Assembly (NCBI GenBank): GCA_964247055.1 | Contig: OZ176053.1 | Span: 7,378,001-7,442,000, forward strand | DNA length: 64,000 nucleotides | Source of the DNA: Paragordius varius | Taxonomy: Eukaryota; Animalia; Nematomorpha | Reading direction: 5' to 3' | In this document: piece by piece, positions 39,501 through 51,375 of the stretch | Layout of the letters: every line of letters starts with the position of its first letter | How positions within the stretch are numbered: the stretch's first letter is position 1 | Position numbers and translations under genes: made by a program | Notes under the pieces: model-generated | The model's database searches: none | What the model was told of the DNA's origin: nothing | Seen by the model: the letters and a program-made list of their open reading frames with translations, nothing else

Positions 39501-40967
39501 TAAATTTTCAACAATATTTTTTGGTCAAATATACATTTTCCTAATGATAAAGTTTATACAAACTCTAATATAAAATAATTAGTTCACAATAATTAAAGAT
39601 TTGTTATTAATATTTTTCCCCAATGATTTTTTATACCTTGCTTATGATTTTAAATATTGCATCAAGAAAATAAGTCGAAATATCTGTGACACATCACACC
39701 TCATTCGTAAAACATCATTAATTCTATAATTAAATTAATTACATTCATAATTTTAAATTTAATTGGGCTCATTATACTTATGAGTGTTCCCAAACAAATT
39801 TTCCCTATTGTTTGTTTTCCCAAACAGAACAATAGGTATAATTGGTAGCTTATAAAATTTTAATATTGTCATATATTGGAAATTTAGTCGCCTAAATTTA
39901 AACATTTTAAAGATAACAAATATGTTTTTTGGTATAAAATGTTTAAAATAAATGAATTCAGTCAACCATCTGAATTTTTATACGAAAAACCTTTCTGTTA
40001 ATACGATGGTCACTCTAGTTTTAAGTTAAGAAAGATTTAATCCTTGTTTATCCGTCACACTCTGGAATATCGATATTTAATTATGTTTTCCCTATTAGAT
40101 CTCAAATTAAGTGTTTTCAATGCAATACAATATTAAATTATGACATAATAAATTTTTTACAGTATATATGTAAAAAATTGAGAATATAAAAAAGTCAACA
40201 TGATTAATATTCATATGTAATCCCTTTTTAATCCTTACATAATGTGCAGCATATTAACTTTTTATAATATGTGGGCTCTGGACATTCGGACCAAACAATT
40301 TTTATTACTTTTATACTTATATATAGGCAAATGATAAATTATGGCTATATTGTAATTATTATTGGGAACAGAGAAAAAATTAAATTATACACCAACAAGA
40401 TATAAGTTTTTATCATAAGGAGATAAATGTTATACGGCCTACACATGTCTTTTTGCTATACCAATTAAAATACCCATAAAACCAATAATATTTCTCTTTA
40501 CTGCTACTGTTTCACCGGAATGGAGATAAGAAACTTTGAAAAGATATATTAATGTGTGTAACAAAAAGAATCGTAAATATAACAGTGCATAAAAATAATA
40601 AATTATTACCACTTAAAATTTATATGGTGCCACAAACGATCAGAGCAAATTTAAAATTTTATTGGTCTTTACATAAATCTATTTTTTAAAAAACGTATGT
40701 ATGTTTGAATATTTAAGACAATTATTTATGTTTATCATTCACTTCTATTATTATTCATTTTAACAAAAAGATTTTTGAATGGAAAAGGTTATAAAGGAAT
40801 GAATAATCAATAGGTTTAAATGTTATATTATTTTAACACTTTTTTTTCCGTTTAACCTAATTCCAATAGTACATTTTTTCAATAAACTCTTTTGGTTAAG
40901 AATATTCTTTTGTACATTTTATAATTTCCAACATTTTTTATATTAATTTTTTTTTATCAAATATAGA

Positions 40968-41435
40968 ATGAATTTTAAGTTGCACATTTTTTTTGTATCT
41001 ATTTGGATTTTTCCAATGATTGCAGAAAAATCTATCGACCACGGGTTAGCCACCGATTTGAAAAACCATAATATTCCGCGGTCTAAACGAGCCTTGACTC
41101 AATTTGATGGTTCCCAATATCCACGATATGTCAAAAGTATGATAGAGGACGAACCATATGTTTACCTTAACCCGGGAGAACATTTAGATATAAACCGAAG
41201 ACGAGATAGATTCGATTCGGGTTTGTACCCTGAATTATTTGATTCAGATTTTTATCGGATTAATAAACGCCTCTTTATTGGAAAAAGGTTAAGGGACAGA
41301 AACAGATTATCTTTTGGTTTGGGAAAGCGCCGGCGTCGAAGAGGGACACGCGGCAATATTTTTGGATTCAATTCACGTTATGATGATCTTTGGCGAATCG
41401 GTCGGAGTGCATCCTCCAGTGACAATGACGATTAA
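40968..41435 (+). CDS. Neuropeptide precursor, allatostatin-A/buccalin-like (FGLamide), 155 aa
   Basis: Hydrophobic N-terminus, RSKR site, KR-LFIG-KR, KR-LRDRNRLSFGLG-KRRRRR, ...DDLWRIG-R. Confidence 0.8.
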   Translation: MNFKLHIFFVSIWIFPMIAEKSIDHGLATDLKNHNIPRSKRALTQFDGSQYPRYVKSMIEDEPYVYLNPGEHLDINRRRDRFDSGLYPELFDSDFYRINKRLFIGKRLRDRNRLSFGLGKRRRRRGTRGNIFGFNSRYDDLWRIGRSASSSDNDD

Positions 41436-41582
41436 ATTTACTATTTAAATATAAATTGGTGAACATTAAATAATGTATTTTTTACCATTGATATATCTAT
41501 TTGATTTCTTGCTTATTACAAATAAATTGTTTTAGTTTTCAGTTGTTTTACCTTTTTATGTTTTTATAATATGTTTTTTTAA

Positions 41583-44500
41583 ATGTTGAGTGGAAATATA
41601 TTTAACGACGCACTAGCCAATTTGGATATTCTTGATGACCATAATTTACCCGATAACCAAGCTTGCATTGAATTTAAGAGCGGTATAAATGCATTTAGTC
41701 AGCTAAATTATGACGACGTTCCTCTTTTTGCCAATGTTATTAATCGGTATTTGATTGAATGTTACAATTTTTCTGAATTATTGTCTTTGTTACAAGAAGG
41801 TCAACGATTTTGTACAATTTTATACACTTGGAGATGTTGCTCACGTGCTTTGCCATTACCTAAATCAAATGAACAATCTAATCGAACTGAGATTTACGAA
41901 AAAACAGTTGAGGTTTTGGGACCTCAAGTTAACAAACTTATGAAGTTAATGCATTTTTGTCGTAAAGCTATAGATGTTTTTACAAATGAAATTAAAAATA
42001 TGGTTCTATTAAATGATAAAAAAAGATCCGTTTTGAATCAATCTTATATCCTTATTCTCTACAAATTATTAGAAATGTTTATGCATTTAGATGAATTAAA
42101 AAACATGAAATCAAGCATAAAAAATGACTATTCAGCTTATAAGCGTGCCGCACAATTTATTAAAGCTTTACATGTAAATGCAGAATCTTTGCAAGAATCT
42201 CAAAATTTATCGATGTTTTTAGCAAATCAACATAAATTACGGTCTATGCTTAAAAATCAGCTTGATGCCATAGAATTTTACGAAGAAGTATTTTATGATC
42301 TTATTAAAATGGCTTTTGAGCTATTTGAAAACGGTCAGTTTTCGACACCCAATGAAAAACATTTACTACTTAAAGTTATCGCATTTTTACTCAACTTTAT
42401 TGATAATGATCGACACAACCCATACAATCCCAAACAATGTAATCAAAATTACAAAAGTAACGGTAATAGTGGATTTATTCTAAACTCACTGGATCTTTCT
42501 ATAAGCAGTGGAACGTCAATGAAATATGGCGGGCAACAACAAAATAAATACAATACCTTACATGGAAAATCTAGGGGTAATTCAACAACACTCAATAGTC
42601 TTAGCCTTATGGATACGGGCCAAATGAATGGAAAATCAACACAACATAGTACAAAAAAGAAATTTAGTTCTGGTTCATCTAACAATAGTTCAAGTGCTTC
42701 GTCACGATTAGCGTCTCTGGCCTCGTATTCTCTTCAGTTTTGTACATGGCTCCCACGCTTAGATAAGTTATTTGGATATGGTCCGAGGTATGTACCCATT
42801 TACATTTACAACTTTTCTGATAGATTGGGAGGTATCGATGTCAAATCTTTGAATGATACTACCACCCAAAGTGATCATTTTGATTATGGATCATGTATTG
42901 CTTATGCCACGGATATGCAAATAAATGTGTTTGCTACTTATGTGACAACTACACCCAATTATGATGCAACTAAGTGGGCCTTATCACTTTCTCCTTCACC
43001 TTATGTGGAGAGTTGTGGTCCTGGTATTATAAAGTCTAGAGCAACAAAATCAAAAGTTAATCGTAATAAAAATGGTGAAGGTGCACAACCCCTACTAGAA
43101 AAAGATATAGATTTTAGGGATGATGCTGGTAACACTAATCATCTTTTAGATAATGGAGTCGATAATAGTACTTCCATTTATGAACTTGATGAGAAAAACT
43201 CTTCGGAAAACTATGCCATTAAACAACATCCCGTTTTACACAATTTATCCCAAAATTTAACAAATTTATATTCATCGAATAGTACGACAGGTGTAAATCC
43301 ATTACCTCCTGTAATAGCGCCCGGTTCAGCTATCTCCTCTAAAAAACCACAGAATCTTACCGCTCAGCACACTTGGTTAGGTTTGAGTACATTTTTTACC
43401 AATTTTCCCCATCGACAATTTTCTCGAAATTTATTGATAGAATGGGGCTTAGCTAAAGAAATGTACCAAAATTACACACTTCAACTAGCTGCTTATATTA
43501 ATGAAGCTTCTTTATGCCAAAATCAGCGTATCTTAACAGATTCACAAAACGCCGATATAAAAGAACTTGCCCTGCGTGGCATTCAACTCCTTACTCATTG
43601 GAATTGTGTCGTGAGTGAAACGTATGCCTATAAACTCATGAATCCTGTCACAAGTAATTTCATCGACACAGAGAAAGCTGTAAACGAAACGGAAGATTAT
43701 GAAAGAGCATTAAAATACAATTTTACCGTTTCGGATAAAACGTCTTTGGTCGAAATGATAGGTATGATCAAAGCGTTGGCAACATTACTCCAAAAAGCAT
43801 CTCCCTTGTTTCGGGAAAGTATAGTTCGTAACATATACGCTGAAATGCAGGATTTAGTGCAGCTTCACATACGCGAATCGCTTCGTAAAGCTGTAAAAAA
43901 CAAAAAGGACGCTATCAAAAATATCTTGATGGCTTTACGTGAAATTTGTATTGATTTGCCAAAAAATTATGTATGGTCAGAGGATCCCATGTTTAAAGGT
44001 AAAAAGGATGTTGATACCCATTTCGAAGTTTGCGTACCACGCAAAGCTGCACCACCGTCATTGACCCAAATTTGTTTGATGCGAACTCTGCTGAACCTTC
44101 TTATTTCTGATATTTCAACTCCAGCTATGTTGTATTCCCTCAACATATCATCTGGAGTCGGTGCATTAAGTGTTTTAGGCAATAACTCTGGCGGAGCTAA
44201 CGCTAAAAGGGCATTAAAGAAAGATTTGGAGCCGTCATTCGTTAATATGATTGAAAATTTTCTCAAAGCTTCCTGGTTTTGGCCAACACTCCTTAACTAT
44301 CAGGCTACACTTTTAGAAGTGTCCGATTTATCATATTGTTGGTATCGTGAGTTTTATCTTGAAATGACCATGGGTGCCCGTGTTCAATTTCCTATAGATA
44401 TGTCACTTCCTTGGATGCTTATACATCATATCCTTAAGTTAGCCAGTGCTTTTGGTACTTTTTCCAAAAAAGAGCCCTACTTAATTGAAAATTTATTTTA

Positions 44501-47500
44501 CATGCTTGAAATTTATAATGATGCATCGCACTTGGCATTAATGCACTATAAGAAAAAGCATTTGTTTGATGAAGTACAAGCGGAAACTAATCTGAGTTGG
44601 GACCAACTGCTGTTTCAATTAAATGAATCAATTTTTTCATATTACAAACAATTAGCAGCGACCCTAATTTTGGATAAAAAATTTACCGATGATTGCTCGA
44701 GTAAGTCTCGTGAACTTTCAAATTATCCTCTCCTATTCAGATATAGGACATTATTATTGCAAAAGCATGTGTTACTTTTGGGACGTTACCTTGACCTCAA
44801 TCGCTTACTTACACAGAGGCTTGTCCTGTCATTTCAAGTTTCATTAAAAAAAGTTTGTTCTGATTTCCTTTCTAGTGATTTAACCGCTATAACCATGTTT
44901 GATGTATCATTGGAAGTAAATCGATTAGCTTACAATATGTGCCAAGGCGAGAATGATCAACTGGAAATGCCCCCGTTTGCCAGATTATTAGATGTTTGTA
45001 CCAAACAACTTGCGGCCCATATTAAACCTCATTTATTATTAGATAGTTCTAATATGATAGCTTACCATATTATGAGGGAATTAGAGTTTGATTTCCTACC
45101 CAATTACACTTTTAATGCAACCACCAATCGATTCGTTCGTTGCAAAGAAATTGATTTCACCTCTCATGATTTTAGCCGTAACAAGCTTAATCAAGATGAA
45201 CCATTTGCTCCATCATATTCTTGGGGTTCCAAGTTTTTGAATCAAGCATATGAAAAAGTTTTGTTCCCTCAAACCACTTATGTTGGAGCCATTCACATGA
45301 AATTGATTGTTAAGTATTTAGGGTATCAAGGTACGTTTTTTTAATTATAAAAATATGTCCAAATTAAATAAAAATAGAATGCGCGAGTTTTAGGGGTAGA
45401 TTGCTAATACCATTTCGAGTGCTCGTAAAAGCCCATTTATATGATATTTTAGAAATATTTCTGCAGAGTAAACAGCAATATTATTGGTTATATGAATCTT
45501 TTAAATTTGCTGATAGTTATAAAATCTTTTTTTCTTACCTATATTAAAAATTTTTTTTACTCATAATTCAAAAGATTATAGGACCAATAATATGTTTGTT
45601 TCCTATATTTATTATCGCAATACTTGAAGTATTGCTGAATTTTTTTAGCCCTTTTCATCAAGCTTGCTAATTGAGAGAATTTAATTTCGCGAATAAGAAT
45701 GTTAATTGCTGTAAAGAAAATTATAAAAACAATATGAACTTGTTTGAAAAAGAAATTGAATTAGAAGCGAGATAGTTTCTTCCTTTATAAATTCTTTGGT
45801 CATTGTTAGTGTATTAGGGTAAACCGCCATTTATTGGTTTAAAACAAAAATACTTACATGCCGCATTTTTCTCTATGAACGAATTTAAGACCCATTTAAC
45901 CAATAATATTTCTTGTATTTTTGATGGGATTATTAAAGGTTTCAATTCGAAAATCACCATTTATAACATCAAATTGATATTTGTTTCGACATTAAAAGCA
46001 TATATAAGATATAAAATTTAATACACCGACGATAAAAAATGTTCGCTTTTATAATACTACTACTCTCTTTTTGCTATAAGCTTTATAAATACGTATAAAG
46101 ATTATAGCATCGTGTTATATTTTTGTAAAAAAATTTTTATTTTATTTTAACAAATTTTTGGTTCTGGGATTTTATTTTAAATTTTAAAAAGCATTTAAGT
46201 GTCAACGAAAGCATTGATTCAATATACACACAAGTTTCGAATGTTTTGCATTACAAACTTTTTTAATTCAATGTGTATACCAAAAAGTTTTGCCAAAATT
46301 AATTATCTAAATCAATTTACATTTTAGATTAAAGTAAATAAAAAATTAGTTCAATTTTCCCAACACCAAAAAATAGTTTTCTCATAACGAATTAAATGTT
46401 TCGATTTTCGTTTTTTTTCAATTCTTATTCAGTCGAAACCGATGTCATTAAATATTAAAATAAAAATTAGTATCTGAAAGATCATTCTTATGAATTTTTT
46501 TTATATAAAGTGAATCTATGTTTATTTAAATAATTTTCATCCACCAATTTATCACATACAATTTTAGCAAAAAACGTTTTCGATTTTTACGTTGTGTTGG
46601 TTAAAACATTTTTTAGCCAGGGGGTGAACACGCGGCCCTCCAAGACTTTATGTGGGCCCTCAAAAAATTGGTTATCTCTAATTGCAAAAATATATTCACA
46701 AAATCTGAGTAAAATTGATATTTCTTAAGCAATTTCTCATAAGTTTATCCCTGTATGCAAACAGTAAAAAAATGTTATATTTTGGTTCCATTTTTCTGTC
46801 TTATTTTTGAAATGTAATAGATTTTAAACATACATATTTTAAATGCGGTCGGCCAATTTTTTGAGTCGAAAGTGCGACCCGCGAAGCCATTTGTGTTGTC
46901 CACCCCTGTTTTAAGCCTGAAATATGTTTTTTTATTATAACACAATAAATCGGTAAATTCAGCACACGATAGACATAGAGAATCCAAGCTTTTTTGAGAT
47001 CCATAAATTACCTTTGGTGATATTTTATACGAATATATCTTTTGCAGGCCTATCTTACGTGTATGAACGATTGCTACATCATGCAGAATGTTTGATAAAT
47101 AATAATATTGCCAATCACACAGCATCTATCCTTAAGTTAATGCCGAAACAATGTAAATTGTTGAGATATGATTACGGGGCAAACGGAATTTTAGCATATT
47201 ATCAAGCACAATTAAAGGAATTATTAAAATTTGCTCATCTCAAAACAGGCACATATCAATTGTTCCGTGAGCTCGGCAACGTTATCATTTTAGCGATCCA
47301 ACTTGAAAAGTATTTATTTGAAGAGGAATCGATGGATTTGGTACAGGCGTCTATTTTTCAAAACGTGATTCCAACACCCTGGTGTGCCGAAGGCGAAAAA
47401 TTGGAACACAAAATGAAACTGCTGGAGCTTAAATGTGCAGCAATCAATGTCGCAAACAATATCGAAAAACTTGGGTCCGCTAAGCAGTCCTACATGGCAA

Positions 47501-48533
47501 GAGAAAGTGATTTGTTAACCAAGGAGCGGTTGTGTTGTGGTCTTTCTCTCTTTCAAACATTTTTAATGCGTTTTTATACCGTAATTTTCCCTAAAAATTT
47601 GCTATTTTGGTTGGGTGGTATGTCACATCCATATAATGCGACTGTTACCAATGAGCCCCATAAAGAAAAGGACCTTGCATGCCTAGTCGAGGCATCGTTT
47701 GATTCGCCCTCTCGATTTGATCGTATATGGAGTGCTTTACAATTTACATTTTGCGTTCCAGGAGGTGAAAATGAATTCACAATCGAACAATTGTATGGGG
47801 AAGGAATTAATTGGGCTGGATGCACCCTCTTATACCTGCTTGGTCTACAATCCAAATTTGATAGTTTAGATTATTCCTATCATTTGTTGAAGGTGTGTCG
47901 TACCATGGATACAACCACGCTAAGTAATATAGCTATCAATGTTTATCAATCATCATCTTCAAACCACCAACAAAATATCAATAATGCAGTGTATGGGGGG
48001 ACAAATTCCATTTCTTCTTTTCCTATGGATAAGGATATGACTTTAAAATTTGGAGACTCCCCGGTTTCTGGCCAACAAATTGTGAATAATACCGCTCCTA
48101 CCACAAATAATACATTTAATCTAAAACGTATGGCAGATCGTATACGAAAATTTCAAGTTTTAAACGGTCAAATTTTTGCCACACTTTCTCGGTTTGTATT
48201 TATTCTTATAGTAATTTTTGCTGTAAACAAAAAGTAATTTTTAACTTTTGAGGTAAAGCATATTACACCGATATTAATATATCGAAAAGGAAATTGGCTA
48301 GAAAAATAATTGTTTTATATCACAGCTAATATTATATTTTAACATTTTTAATTAGGTACATTGACATAGAAACTGTCTGTGAACAAATGTTTAAAGCCAA
48401 ACTCCGTTACTTAAATTTGGGTCATGTACATTTGAATTCCACTTCACCTCTTTATAAACCGAATAATGATGCTACAATTATGCATTTAAATCAAAGTTGT
48501 TATATTGCTCCCCCAAATGCCCATATACAATAG
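41583..48533 (+). CDS. CYFIP: CYFIP/Sra1 (WAVE regulatory complex subunit); exons 41583-45330, 47048-48191, 48356-48533; ~1689 aa
   Basis: Family motifs DALANLDIL..LPDNQACIE, LYTWRCCSRA, KNDYSAYKRAAQF, QFPIDMSLPW, LGYQG|LS, MPK.C.L.RYDYG, ERLCCGLS, GEGINWAGC, RIRKFQVLN. GT-AG junctions are phase-compatible (1 and 2). Confidence 0.97.
46618..46908. mobile_element. hAT (Charlie-like) MITE in CYFIP intron 1
   Basis: CAGGGG(G)TG...CACCCCTG termini; 8-bp TSD TTTTTAGC / TTTTAAGC. Confidence 0.75.
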
Positions 48534-49560
48534 AAGCGAATTCACTTTTTACTGCAAATTTTTTTTGCCAGCATTTATTAAATCTTAATTGTGATGCTTT
48601 TTTATTTATTCTTAATTTCGAACGCTAATTTACCTATATTTATATATTTTCATAAATATCATTTTGTAAGAACCATGCGCTCATATAGATATATTTTACA
48701 TACCAGTTATATGTGATTTATAGTTAGCTAATATTTATGATAATATGATACAATAATAAATTTATCATAGATAGATGTAATATACGACAACTTAATTAAG
48801 CTTATGGTGATTTATATGTTTTTATTTGAAATTCGGTAATTTTTAGATATTTTATATGGCATCTTCTTCTACACACTTATGATTTATGTTACTTATTTAA
48901 ATGTTAATTTTTATAATTTTTGAATGCTCTTCTGTCTCTAAAATTTTGCTATTTCAGACTGTTGGTCTTGTCAAGAAGTAAAGGAAATTTTCCTGGATTT
49001 TCACTTAAAGCTTATGAAAATAATTAATGAGGAAATAAGCTCCCAAACTTTGTCATATTTTTCAATAAATAGTGTAAAAATGAATGTCAAAACCCGTTGC
49101 TTAAGAATCCAATATCAGCAGTATACAACGATGTATATTAAATTAATTTTTTGCATCCGAATATGATTAAGCCAAGTCTAGCTTAAGAAGATTAATATTG
49201 CATAAATTTTGCCAAAAAAATGTTCAGAACGACAAGTGAACTTTAATGTAGGACTTGGGAAAACTTTTTTATTTGTTAATTTATAGGTAGATTTATTCAA
49301 AATAACACAAAATATATAAACCAAAAACCATATCCAAAATACTATATAATATTAATATTGAAAAAGGGAGATGACTATTGTACTTACTATTTTTCTGTTA
49401 TTTTCTTGCTATTTTTATTTGTTGTATATATGTATCTTCCAAAATACTTTATTTGCTATTGTGATAGAAGATATTTTCATAGTTTAAAAATTTAGTTTTA
49501 AATTTTTTTTAAAGATTCCACAATTTAAGTTTTCATAAATTTATCCTCCCATAAAAAATA

Positions 49561-50064
49561 ATGTTGGTTTTAGCAAATAATATTCTTTTATATTTTTTAA
49601 TAAGCTTAACACCTTGCTACAGTTTAAAATCATTTCTTACGCTTCCTCTTGGTTCCCAAAAGAACGATCAGCTAAATGATTTATCAAAGAATGGAGATGT
49701 GATTGCCGATACATCTCAAAATTATGAAAATTATGGACAATTAAACAATCCAAAAACTAACTTTGGTGGAAAACAACCTAAGTTTGGGAGGAATAATTTT
49801 GCTCGTACCCCTGACTCAAATTATGATATGAGGAATTCGGAAAGTGTGTATGAAAATTTGAAAGATATTAATCCTAAACGTTTGATATATGTACCATTTT
49901 TCTTTAGACAACCAGTTTCGCGAGATTCGGTACCGTTTTGGAATTCATGGAATGGAGGAAACGGGGATAATAGTTTTTACAATAATCCACCTCAATCGTT
50001 TTATTATAATTATAAAAGGGCTTACGATAAGAATCGGTTTTCATTTGGATTGGGCAAAAAATAA
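49561..50064 (+). CDS. Neuropeptide precursor, allatostatin-A-like (FGLamide), 167 aa
   Basis: Signal-peptide-like N-terminus; C-terminal KR-AYDKNRFSFGLG-KK* fits the (Y/F)xFGL-amide consensus. Confidence 0.85.
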   Translation: MLVLANNILLYFLISLTPCYSLKSFLTLPLGSQKNDQLNDLSKNGDVIADTSQNYENYGQLNNPKTNFGGKQPKFGRNNFARTPDSNYDMRNSESVYENLKDINPKRLIYVPFFFRQPVSRDSVPFWNSWNGGNGDNSFYNNPPQSFYYNYKRAYDKNRFSFGLGKK

Positions 50065-50874
50065 GTTTGGTTTAGTCATTAAACTAATAATACTTATGAT
50101 TACATTTCCTCTAGTTTTATCCAAAGTAAAAATATATATGTATGCTTAACAACTAGGCCAACTTATTCGTACCTAAACTCCTAAACCGTTATTTTGTGAT
50201 GAAATTTATGTTATCGATTGTGATATTATGTTTTTTAAATATTAAATTAACACATATTTATCATTCTTTTATTGGCATATTTTTTTGCTTTACTGATCAT
50301 TAAAACATCAAAATTAATAAATATTTCGCCTATTGTAGTTTCATTTTTTATGATTACTTTTTAGTATACATCAAATTGTGATAACATAGGGAATAAAATG
50401 AATATATATTATTTTGAAATTCAATATTAAGAAAACGATAAATCTTATTATATTCTTTTAATTAGAATATATTTAGAGTAATTAGTATATTATTAGGTAA
50501 TGAAATTATTTTTTAATGAATAAAATTTTTTATTCCCAACAGAGTAAGTAGTGTATTGCTATTTGTAAAGAAATTAAAATTGCTATTCAAATATATTTAT
50601 CATTTAACAAAAGAACGAGGAGATATTGATAAAATGATGATCATTATTCAATATATAATTCCTTTTCTAAAGGATATTTCTGTTCTGAAAATGATAAAAC
50701 TTGGTTATTTGTTAAAATATAATCCATCATAAGAAAAATGTTTAAAAAAATTTATTTTTTGACGCTTAGACAGGACTGATTGTATTTACAAAAATTTAAA
50801 ACGAACAAAAGTGTGGATATAGAAATATGTGTTCTAAAACATAAGTTATAATAACCATTTTCTGATTTTAAAGA

Positions 50875-51375
50875 ATGCAACATGTTAGAGATTTTACCCT
50901 TTTAATATTTCTGGCTCTGGCTATGTTAATAAAACCAGATCCTGTATTTCCGTTTCCCCTAAATAACATTGAAGAATGGGAATGGGGTAAGCGCAAACGA
51001 TCTAATAGGTTTGAAACTATTTTAACGCATCCGCCTAGGAATAAATCTTTCCCGAGCTTTTATTATAACGGTCAAAATAGCAATGAAAACATTCCTCCAC
51101 AAGATAACAAGATTATAGATGATGTTATTTCAAATTTAAATATGGATTCATATGATAGCAATGGTAATAACAAAAAAAATACTGATGATTCTATCGATGA
51201 TTACAATTATCATAACAATGATGTTTTAGCTCTCAAACAAAAAGTACCAATGGCAGCCAAATTGGCTTGGAGAGTAGGGAGCAGAAAACCTTACACGGGT
51301 CCACCCACACCAAATATAGGCTGGTGGGCTGAAGCTCAGCGACTAGGATACATGCCTCCCAAAATTAACATGTAA
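50875..51375 (+). CDS. Putative neuropeptide precursor (WEW-amide), 166 aa
   Basis: Strong signal peptide (FTLLIFLALAML) followed directly by ...NNIEEWEWG-KRKR (amidation Gly plus basic cleavage site). Confidence 0.7.
   Translation: MQHVRDFTLLIFLALAMLIKPDPVFPFPLNNIEEWEWGKRKRSNRFETILTHPPRNKSFPSFYYNGQNSNENIPPQDNKIIDDVISNLNMDSYDSNGNNKKNTDDSIDDYNYHNNDVLALKQKVPMAAKLAWRVGSRKPYTGPPTPNIGWWAEAQRLGYMPPKINM

Noticed and set aside
41583-45344. 1253-aa ORF as a complete intronless or horizontally acquired gene
   Set aside because: It stops mid-domain at a GTACGT donor (45331) and continues in two downstream exons; CYFIP is a eukaryotic gene.
46775-47125. 116-aa minus ORF
   Set aside because: Runs through the intronic hAT MITE and the CYFIP exon 2 boundary; no recognisable domain.
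42449-47855. Minus-strand ORFs 42449-42685, 43967-44266 and 47574-47855
   Set aside because: Antisense to CYFIP exons, with no independent motifs.
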